Shown in pieces: positions 43,101-55,100 of a stretch of DNA of 64,000 bases (positions within the stretch are counted from its first letter, which is position 1; each line of letters begins with the position of its first letter). The stretch comes from Mizuhopecten yessoensis. Taxonomy: Eukaryota. A program made the translations under genes and the position numbers. Location of the stretch: assembly GCF_002113885.1 (NCBI RefSeq), contig NW_018403602.1, positions 247,001 to 311,000 on the forward strand, given 5' to 3'. The notes below the pieces were generated by a model. That model worked only from the letters and a program-made list of their open reading frames with translations, had not been told where the DNA came from and did not search any database.

Positions 43101-46100
43101 ATGACATAGAATGATGTCGGTAAATACTGTCACCCCACAGAAATGGTTACCATTCATGTATATGAAATAGAATGATGTCGGGAAATACTGTCATCCCACA
43201 GAAATGTTTACCATTCATGTATATGACATAGAAGGATGTCGGTAAATACTGTCATCCCACAGAAATGGTTACCATTCATGTATATGACACATTCTGCAAT
43301 ATCTATTATGTGATTTTTTGTATGTTTGTTTACAAATCAACATGATGAGGTAAACATGTTTGTTCCCGGAGTAACACCACAATGTATGTACAGTACTTGT
43401 CTAATGAAATTCCTTCCTCGTTTGAAGTGTTCGTTTGATTGGCTCAGCATGTCTGTTTTACAACTAACATCTTTTATATATATATATGTAAACCAACTTG
43501 GTGTGAAACCAGTGTAGGAGAAAATTGACACCATTCTGAACCAGACATCATATATATACAGTATATATACTTGTATATATGTATATATCAGAACTAATGC
43601 GATGAAATTTTTGTACCGTTTTGACTTCAGTGTTTTTTATATTGAATATATTACAATATATATCTGATGTGACCATGAATGACTGATTTCATTATATCAA
43701 TTGCATGACATCTTTTTTTCTCAGCGACCAGATAAACATACACCACCACGTAGGAGCCGATTCCTTTTTTTGGTTACAGCTCTTGTTTTAGACCAGAATT
43801 CCTAGTCAAGGATATAGCATTATCCGTGCAAATGCTGCCTTTCTTTACTACAGAGTCATTGCATGCGACAGCGCTGCGGTGCGCAGTTGAAATAAATATT
43901 GCTCAACCATTGGGGAAATTAATACAAATTTGATCTGAATATAAATCTAAATCTAAATTGTGTACAATTAACAGGAGGACAGTTTATACTACATAAAGTA
44001 AGAAGTGCTATTGTAGAAAAGAGAAAATTGTCAAAATACCTGGAGACTTAAAAAAAAAGTGTCTGAAAAGTATACGTGTAACTCTTCTGACTAGAGGGAA
44101 TTTTGTTTGTAGCTCGTACAAGCTGCTTTACGGAATAGCATATTCTGAGACGTAGATTCTAGTTGAACAGTCTTTTCTGCCATTTTTTGTTTTCTTTCTA
44201 GAAACTGTTTGGAAGCTTTCTGTGATCCTAGATTAGACCTAGATATGTATATACATTATATACTACACCTTACACCTTGGTCTCGTGTAGCCTAGATATG
44301 TATATACATTATATACTACATAACTTACACCTTGGTCTCGTGTAGCATAGATATGTATTTGGGTGTGTGCACCAACCAAATCCAAAAGATAACATCAAAA
44401 TTGCTACATGATAGAAAATTAAAAGTCTGGCTGAGGGGTTCAGTCTTATTTTGAAATCTCCATTTTGGTTGTTGGTATGGCAACTTGGATGCTGTGCAGC
44501 GAGCTAGGCTGTGAAAACCACATAGCTTCTGTGATGTGGAAACTTTATCAGACGCTTTATCAGCAACCCAAGTCCACTTAAACTAGACACCTATACTCCA
44601 ATAAAATAAAGGATCTTGCACTTCCTGCCTTCTTGATGATTTTTGTTTTAATTTACATTTGTTTAATTGATTATTTTTAGATATTTATTTTTTTGCACTG
44701 TTCAGCAAGTCAGCAAAGATTTCTTTTTGGAAAATCCTAGTTTTGCAATTTACTAGATATTTTTTTTAGACTTTATTTTTGAACTACATCATATCTTTTA
44801 TATATATATTTTATGAATTTTTCAACTGCGTTCGTTTTTTATATTTACTAGATTTTTTAATTGTATTCAAGAGCAAATTTTTTGCCTATGAAATTAATTT
44901 GGAGTAGTTTAGTTTGTTATGTTTATATTATGCATTTTGGAATTGATTTTTTTTTTTTAATATTTTAAATAATTGCATGTGAAAAATCATCATTTGGTGC
45001 TGCATGGACAGAAAGTTTTGTTTAGTTCTGTTTCATAAAAATGTTATTCTTCCCAGAAGCATGATCGAGTGCATTTTGATACTTTTCACACAAGGAATGT
45101 GCATTTTTGAACTTAAACAAGAAAACTTTGAGATTATCAAAATGTTTGCCTCTTTTCTGAGTTTGCGTGCTTGTGTTTTTAAAGCTTGTTGATGCACAAA
45201 GTATATCAGTTAAAATATGCCCAGTATAGGAATTGCTTTAGACAAGCGCTTACAAACTATTATCTATCTCTTACTCGGAATAGGCGTTGACTGGCAATGT
45301 CATGTGAACTCAGCTCTAAAGATCAAATTTTCTAGTTCTGGTTCTTTTGTAACTATAATAAGTGACAAATTCTCATAATAAAAGGTAACAAATTCTACTA
45401 CAATAAGTCTCAGATTCTACTACAATAAGTCACAGATTCTACTACAATAAGTCACAGATTCTACAACAATAAGTCACAACTTCTACTACACTAAGTAACA
45501 GATTCTACAACAATAAGTTACAGATTTTACTACAATAAGTCACAGATTCTACTACAATAAGTCACAGATTCTACAACAATAAGTTACAGATACTACTACA
45601 ATAAGTCACAGATTCTACTACAATAAGTCACAAATTCTACAACAATAAGTTACAGATTTTACTACAATAAGTCACAGATTTTACTACAATAAGTCACAGA
45701 TTTTACTACAATAAGTCACAGATTCTACTACAATAAGTCACAGATTCTACTGCAATAGGTAACAAATTATACTGCAATAAGCCTGTTATTCAACTGTAAC
45801 AAGACACAAAATGTATTGCTAGCATTAAGAATGTACTGCAGGAAACTGAATAGGAAAGTTAATACTTTCGGCACACAGGTCAAAAGGTTAGTTTATCACC
45901 ACAAATGCAATGGCCTTTTTTATGGAGGTCAAGTTCATCGCAACTGGACAGTAAACTGTAGTATATGTTTTCTGACCAAAAAGCGTATTGAAAAGGAATT
46001 TTAGTCTCCTTATAAACAATGTTCCTTAGAAACACCAAACCATTATTGTCTGAAAACTATATCCTAGGCCTCCATTTGGTGACACCTTTCTGCCTAGTCT

Positions 46101-49100
46101 ACACTGATAGCTGTTTTTCAACTCAACTGACAACTTGAGATTTTAGGATTTTCGGAATAAAAATCCAGAACTGTCATTTTACTTAATAGAAAAGTTAGAC
46201 AGAACTACAAAAATGTTCTTCCTGTTTGAGAGCTTATTTCACATGAAGTTGTCTGTATATATACTGGTGTACATGAAGTTGTCTGTATATATACTGCGTG
46301 TAGATCTTTGGCATTCACTGCTGACATACAACACTAATACCAGAACTCTATTTATAGCTCTTTGTTTGTATAAAATATGCAATGGAAGCCATGTTGTTTT
46401 TGTTACAGTTCCTGGGCCTCCCAAATCTGTCACAGTTGAAGCCATTAACTCGACCACCATATTTGTTGAATGGCGACCCCCAGAGACACAGCGAGAAAAT
46501 GGAATTATACGTGGCTACCAAGTATACTGTGTTGTTGTAGACAGCAAAAATCGGCCAAAGGCTGGTACAGAACGTATCTTTGACACAACTGATGGTAATC
46601 GACGGGAAGCGGTCATCACTAGTCTTGACCCTGCCACCAAGTATTCTATCAAGGTGGCCGGTTATACAAGGAGGGGCGACGGTCAGCGCAGTAAAGAGAA
46701 GTTCATCGTCACATCAGGGGCAGGTAAGTCCGTATCTATAGTGTACTGCAGGCTATATTCTTACTGGAAAGCCTTTCCTTGAAATACATGCTTAAGATGT
46801 CCAGCTGTGTGATACAACTTGAAATGTACATTTTATAAAGTAACCTTAATTTTTGGTCATGTCATTTACAGTTCCCACTATGCCACGGAACCTTAACGTG
46901 GAATTCCTGGGCGAAGATCCTCCACAAGTTCAGGTCACATGGCAGCGGCCGCGAGAAACCCACGGCAAGCTGGCCGGCTATAAGGTGTTCTGGGGACGGA
47001 GAGGGGAAAAATACTCGCTGGTCAATCTAGGCCCCATACATCATGCTTACATCTCGGATATCTTAGGTACGTAACAAGCAATGGAATCTGGTTAATCTGA
47101 CATCTCACCAATCTTGGGCTCATCAGTTCAAAAAGGTTGCATTCCATTTGTTTAATGTCAAGAGTACAGTATGTGTTTTCAACAACAAGTCTTTAGTACT
47201 TTCATTCCTTCTAGGAGATTCTTCAGACTATATATATAAGGAAAATACAAAACACAAAGACTACAATTCGCCCGTTTTGAGGCTCTAAGGAAAATATATA
47301 TTCTGTATTTCTGGGGTTTTCAGACTAGTAAGTTTCACATAATATCTATGCTAATATCTGTAACTTGTTTCATAATTGATGTAATATAAATGAAGTTTAT
47401 TTATAAATTCTCAATATAAAAAAATAATATTGTCTCCCTTGTCAATAATTGTAGCAAAGGCAATCCTAGTAAAGCCTTGATATTCTGCCTCTTTTTTCCA
47501 GCAAACATTAACTGAAGTCAATGAGGTTTTGTTTTGTGATTAGATAGTTGAACCCATTATACCAGTTTTATTACTGAAAATGGTATCAATAGAGTAAAAT
47601 AGAACCTTGTGCCTTGTGTTTACAAATACAATAGAATACCAATTATCCTAACCCTGATTATTCAAACTTTTGATTTATCTTTTCAGAATTTGACTTTAAC
47701 TAATTGTATTTTACTAGCTGCACGTAAAACAGTTGTGACTGTTTAGCCATAATGTAAATCTGCAAATCTGAAAAATACATCAGGTTTATCCTTATCCTAA
47801 TTTAAATATTGATTTGTATTGAACATCCAAAATTTCCACAAATCATCAAATAAACAAGTTTAACTTCACATCATATCACAGATCACATTCGTAAAATTCC
47901 AATAGAACTTATTTAAAGTTTGCATTTGTTTTGTTCAACTTAAGAAATTCTTTGTTCAAAGGAGAACTCTTGCATGATTCCTGAAATAAACAATTTTGTC
48001 TTTCATCTTTCATGATATTTAAAAATGGGGTGGTGAATGAAAATGTTCCTGTTTTACACTATATTGTAATAAGTGTTTTCTTCCTCCAACAGACAAAGGA
48101 GCCACGTACGAATTCCTTGTTGTTGCACGAAACGAGGAGGGTGACGGTGTGAGAGCGTCTCAAATTATCACAACACCAGATGGAAGTAAGTGTCATGCGC
48201 TGCATTCATACTGCCTAGTCGGCTCAGCGCTGCAGCAGAGAAGACGACGGCCAGCTCACTCAGCATTACTGCACGTCAGCGTGGTCACACCGCTGTGGTG
48301 GCCATATTTGTTGTCGTAGCAACAGCTCATTGTCCCTCAGTGTCGCCACACCCCCTCGGTTTCCATGGAAACCAGCTTTTTGAAGGCTCGACGTTTTCTT
48401 TAGTCTGCCTTTGACTTATTAGTTTGTCACTTTGTTTTTTGCGTTCGCTTTAAAAATATTTCAAAAGCTATTTTCATGTTGTGGCCTTTTTTTACTTGAC
48501 TGTTGTTCTTGTTAAATTCAACTAAAGCTGCTTTTATGTATCTACAATTTTCATTTGAATTACTTTAAGCCTTTTTTAATTCCGAATCTTATTGAAACTT
48601 ATATTCTTTTTTCAGCAAACATCTTGTTAAAAACTCTTTTTTGCGTTTATTGTTTAGAAAAATATTACATTCCTTTTCTGAAATTATTTGCATTTGATCT
48701 TTTTATAATTAAGAACATGGATGTTCGTGCTTTGAGTACAGACTTGTTGGTTCTAAGATTTCCGGTCCATCTGTGTTTTATTTTGTGGTCATTGTTGGTT
48801 TTTTTTATATTTTGATTTGTTTTATTAATTGTACTTGCACATTCAGAGTGAGAAAGGCAACACCTCTTTGTGTCTGAAAGATATTGTACTGAAAAGTTTA
48901 GAGATAAATAAAATGACTCATATTTCCGTTCAGCATCCTGTATATACATGGTGAATGTTTTCAACTCTAGCATGTTGAATTGAAATTAAAGAAAAGAGTT
49001 GTCTTGACAAAAAATTTCAATTTTTTCTTTTTGGTGTCTCTGGTATTCTGCTTCGTAATTTTAACTTTCCGAGATTGTTGGCTGAAACAAATGTTCACAA

Positions 49101-52100
49101 TTTTCTAACAAAAATTTAAAAAGATGCATGTAAGTGTGATTTTTACATTGTCATGAAATTGAACATTTTTTAAAGATTTTGGACATGATTTTTTTCTCTT
49201 TTATACAAAATTATAAACATATTTTTGATTTTGAAGATTTGCATTCATTTAAAAGATGTAATAAATATACATATTTTGTTATGCTATACTTCTCAGGAAA
49301 CTTTATATAGAAATCTCAGCTGTTAACTCATTTAAGCATAGATCTTTAAAAAAAATAGTAAGGAAACAACGAAGTGTTTGACATGAGAAAACACATATTT
49401 TGTGTTATACTAACTGGCACCATGTATGATCACTCCCAATAACACCCCTCACAATTTTTCATTTTTCCAAAAAATGTACAGAGGATTTCATAGGCATTAG
49501 AAGTTTGGTAAGAAACCGTACATTAAAATAAGTTTGATGTCTGAATGAATTAATTATCTGAGGCAGTCTGGTACTACAACAGTGTAAAAAGATTTTTGAA
49601 AAGCAAAAACATATGTAAGAGGGATATTTATATAAGAATGTGCAAGTATAATAGTAAAACAATCCATTCAATATTGTACCTGCCTTTTTGTTGTATTTTT
49701 TTGGTGTATATTTTTCTCTCTTTTCTCCCCGTCCTGCCTATAGTCCCCGATGGGGCCCCGCAGAATTTCACTGCGACGGGGCTGACAGAGACCAGTGTGA
49801 GGCTGGAGTGGGACTTGCCAGCTAAAAAACTGCAAAATGGCGAGATAATCATGTATCAACTTATCTACCATAAGATGGCCGACCCCACTGATACGGAGGA
49901 CCTAAACATCACGGGCATTCAGCACGACGTTCACAACCTCGAGATGAATACCGATTATGTTTTTCAAGTTAAGGCCTACACAAGTCAAGGAGCAGGTCCA
50001 TGGACTGTGCAGCACCCGTTCCACACGTTCGGACCAAGTATGTTAATAAAGAGATGTCAATCAAGGGCAGATAACCCTTGCCGCACTGCGATGGGTTTGC
50101 AGCAAGCTTTGCAGAAAGACTTTATTATTAATATGCGTTAACCTGTTACTACCTGCTATACTAACACCGGGAGCATTGACCGAGAAACTTATCATTGATA
50201 TGCAAAAAGCATGTGTTGTTTTGTGGTTTGAATTGATACTAATTATATGACGTATTAATACATTAAGTTTGTAATCCAGAACATATTGTTATAGGCGACC
50301 AGAAGGAGTACAGCTTCTGATACATGATCATCACCCCCCTCGGCTTTCCTTACTGAACAGCAATTCCCTCACCCACCCGTGTTTTCATCCCTGATCCCTG
50401 CCATTAGTCCATTCATATCCCAGCCTCTCACACTCTACGTCCCCTAACACCCTACATTCCCCAACCCTTATACCCTACATTCCCCAACCCTTATACCCTA
50501 CATTCCCCAACCCTTATACCCTACATTCCCCAACCCTTATACCCTACATTCCCCAACCCTTATACCCTACATTCCCCAACCCTTATACCCTACATTCCCC
50601 AACCCTTATACCCTACATTCCCCAACCCTTATACCCTACATTCCCCAACCCTTATACCCTACATTCCCCAACCCTTATACCCTACATTCCCCAACCCTTA
50701 TACCCTACATTCCCCAACCCTTATACCCTACATTCCCCAACCCTTATACCCTACATTCCCACTCCTTACACCCTACATTCCTCCCCACACACCAAACACT
50801 CTCTACCCCTTACACCCTATATTCCCAACCCTTAACACCCTATATTCCCCACCCCTTACACCCTATATTCCCCATCCATTACACCCTATATTCCCCACCC
50901 ATTACACCCTATATTCCGACCCCTTACACCCTATATTCCCCACCCATTACACCCTATATTACCAACCCTTAACACCCTATATTCCCCACCCCTTACACCC
51001 AACATTCTCTACCCCTTACACCCTATATTCCCCACCCCACACACCCAACATTCTCTACCCCTTACACCCTATATTCCCCACCCCACACACCCTACATTTC
51101 CCAACCCTTATAAACCCTACCCATACCCACTTGATATCCAATGATTTCATCTCCACCTGACACCCCACCCCTCCTTTCCATACATGTACCACCTGTCAAT
51201 TTCCAACACCTCACCAAATTCAATAACTCACCCCATATTGTTAACACGGATACCAAAATTGTTTGGGTCTTTTTAAAACTCTGTTTTTCAGTAGAAATTG
51301 CTTCACAAAGCGATATTGTACCCATAGATTAGTTGTTTCATTGTTTTACAAGTATTAGTTATATCTAGCTATTATATAGATGTTGTGATACACTTTTCTA
51401 ACTTTGGATGACCTCTGTTTGACCTTGGAATGACCTCCAAAGCGTGTGTTGCCATCCTCCTTTTATAAATGATCACCATGCCCCCCCCCCCAACACGTGA
51501 ATTGATGACATCACACAGTTTTGCGGGCACATTTGATGCACAACTGTTTTTATTAGGCCCTAAAGAATCGCAGCATTTTTTAGTTTTGTGTTATTTATCA
51601 TTTTCTTTTGAAAGTACTCTACGCGTGTTTTTGCAGAGCAGTTTGTTAGATGACTACATCGTTGTGCTGGTTTGGACTGAGTTGGTGTTTTGATATTATT
51701 TGATTTAAGCACATCCATTATAATCAAATCTTTGTTAAAATCATAAAAGATCTGAAAGAAAAAGTCAGCTCCATTGCATGATCATAACTATAAGTGATAT
51801 AAGTTCTTGTTTGGGTTTTGGATTCTATTTCTTGCCTCTGATATCAAATGTTACTGAATTACAGAGAAATTAAACAGTCAATGAATAAATTTTAGATTAT
51901 TTTAATGAGAACAGTCTCACTATGAATCGTAAACAAATCTAGATAATGTTGTTGAAAAAGTGCACTTTTCTGAAAATGCATTAGTCAGCAGGATTTGAAA
52001 ATTGTACTAGTAATTGTGTTTATTAATGCTAGATTTCCTCTCAGGAGAGGTTAGTGCCCCTACCAGATTTCCTCTCAGTAGAGGTTAGTGCCCCTACCAG

Positions 52101-55100
52101 ATTTCCTCTCAGGAGAGGTTAGTGCCCCTACCAGTTTTCTTCTCGGTAGAGGTTAGTGCCCCTACCAGTTTTCCTCTCAGGAGAGGTTAGTGCCCCTACC
52201 AGTTTTCCTCTCAGGAGGGGTTAGTGCCCCTACAAGTTTTCCTCTCAGGAGAGGTTAGTGCCCCTACCAGTTTTCCTCTCAGTAGAGGTTAGTGCCCCTA
52301 CAAGTTTTCCTCTCAGTAGAGGTTAGTGCCCCTACCAGTTTTCTCTCAGGAGAGGTTAGTGCCCCTACAAGTTTTCCTCTCGGTAGAGGTTAGTGCCCCT
52401 ACCAGTTTTCCTCTCAGTAGAGGTTAGTGCCCCCATCACTTTTCCTCTCGGGAGAGGTTAGTGCCCCCATCACTTTTCCTCTCAGTAGAGGTTAGTGTCC
52501 CCATCACTTTTCCTCTCGGTAGAGGTTAGTGCCCCCATCACTTTTCCTCTCGGGAGAGGTTAGTGCCCCTACCAGTTTTCCTCCCAGGAGAGGTTAGTGC
52601 CCTACCAGTTTTCCTCTCAGTAGAGGTTAGTGCCCCTCCCAGTTTTCTCTCAGGAGAGGTTAGTGCCCCTACCAGATTTCCTCTCAGGAGAGGTTAGTGC
52701 CCCTACCAGTTTTCCTCTCAGTTGAGGTTAGTGCCCCTACAAGTTTTCCTCTCAGTAGAGGTTAGTGCCCCTCCCAGTTTTCTCTCAGGAGAGGTTAGTG
52801 CCCCTACCAGATTTCCTCTCAGTAGAGGTTAGTGCCCCTACAAGTTTTCCTCTCGGGAGAGGTTAGTGCCCCTACCAGTTTTCCTCCCAGGAGAGGTTAG
52901 TGCCCTACCAGTTTTCCTCTCAGTATAGGTTAGTGCCCCTACAATTTTTCCTCTCAGGAGAGGTTAGTGCCCCTCCCAGTTTTCCTCTCAGGAGAGGTTA
53001 GTGCCCCCATCACTTTTCCTCTCAGTAGAGGTTAGCGCCCCCATCACTTTTCCTCTCGGTAGAGGTTAGTGCCCCTTCCATTCCCCACATCGCTGACATT
53101 TACACCTGCTTTGAATGCTGACTAACTTTTGAAAGGACCCTCTTGCTTACCATTATCACTGCATGACACAAATTAACAACTCAAAGGTTTGAGGCTGTTC
53201 AAATGTTTATTTCACGCCCCAGACACTTCTTTTAAATGTCCAGCTGAGAAATGTTTGTTTCAACAGAAATTGATTTGTTTTCATCTCGGAAGCAATTCCT
53301 ATGATAATGTGAAAAAGGTGGGCAGATTATTTATCTTGAATAATTTTGATTTTAGCTTTTAAAAGCAAAAAACTGAAAGTATACTTAATTTCATTTTTTT
53401 GTTAATTTCAGTAAATATCTGTTAAAATAATTATGATGGGTGCAGCAATGTTTAGGTGCCCTTGCCGTTCACAGAGCACCCACTGCACCTCCCAGACCAC
53501 ACACATCTTAACCGATATGGATTAAAATATATCATACGTCTTCTGTAAATTTCAGCTGTTATTTATAAAAACAATACTACACCTAGGTAGTCATCAATGT
53601 TGTCCTAAACGTCTTTAGAATATAAGAGACATTTTTGTGATGCGATTAAATTTTGTCTAAATATGTGTATACCTAGTATATTTGAGTATCTAATATTTTA
53701 TTGATGCCATCTCATAAATAAAATACAGAAAATATTTAATGTCCAACACAAATATCATTTGAATTTTAATGATATAGTACATCTTTTAACCAGTTTTTAC
53801 CAAAAAGATTTCCATCATAATAATTTGTATTACTGTTTTATTTTTTTAAAGAAAGAAATATTATATTTCCCTTTTGAAATAATTATTTATTGGTATTTAA
53901 GAGATGTTTTGTCCATCTCCAGAAATAAGAACATTTATATAACAATTTTCTAGAGTAATTCTTCCACTTAAGAAATAATACTATATTGTGAGATTGCTTT
54001 CATCCGTCATTAGAAATAATAACATGTGGTTATTTATTTTTTTCCTCTCCTCACGTGCAGAACCTTATGGTAATTATCTCGTTGTCAATACCAGCCTTAT
54101 GTCAACAGTTTAGATGTTGACAGATTGTGGTATCAAGCTTAGGTCGGGGTGTCAGGGGACACAACTCTGCCATATTTGTCGTCCTGTTTCGATGGAGTGC
54201 ACTCGTAGTGTATTTAATTTTTTTGCACTGCAGTCATATTATTTATTAATTAAAGGGCTATCTTTTGTCACTTTGATTCTTATTTCTAAACATTGCTTAC
54301 ATTTCATTCTAGTTTTTCCCTGAGTCACATGGCGTTTTATTTTTATATTATAAACAGTGTTATATGGGTATTTGGTATTAGATTGGCAAAGTTAAACAAT
54401 TATTTACAAGGTATATGGGTTTGATATTATAGTTTAGAATTTCTTGGTGAAAAGCCTCTGCCAGGTCATTAGATGTAATACTTGGAACGAGAGACAAGAA
54501 AAGGCCACACCAGCACCAGTCCGGGGTGTTAGTCAAGTCCCTTTTCTATAATGTATATTTACAACAACAAAACAGATAAATTTCTTGCTTGATTTTGAAA
54601 ATGTGATTGAAAAATTACACATTGGTATTTTGAATTTGTTAAAAGAAGTAATTGAACTGTTGAGAATTTCATGAGTGACAGTGTTTAACCAAATTTAGTA
54701 CGTTTGTTTTAATGGCTCCTGTTTTCTGCATGTCATGGGTTTAGCGAGCACCTATGTGTTTAACCTACACCTAATTGTCAACACCCATTTTTATGATGCA
54801 TGCTGGGGGGAAAGTTGTATAAATGTCTTACTCATTTTGTTCAGTTTGTTTGTAGTTATTCAAAATATGCATAAAATGGACCAAATTGACCAGCTATGTC
54901 CCATTTGACTGGACACTGGTCAACTTAACCAATAAGGTTATTGTTGTGTAGAGGGTCACTTATTGTTTGTGTTTCGTCATGTACCCATAAACACTGTACT
55001 GTGCTAACTGTAACGTAGTGTTGGTAAATCAATTGATGAATCTCTAGCCACTCCCTTAAAGTCAAGCCCACATCGGCCCTAAATGACTCAATTTAGTTGA

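Noticed and set aside
49074-49129. Possible exon ending at CAT|GTAAGT
   Set aside because: 56 nt, not frame-preserving, weak acceptor.
50440-50760. Interstitial telomere-like sequence (AACCCT)
   Set aside because: The unit is 23 bp, not tandem TTAGGG.
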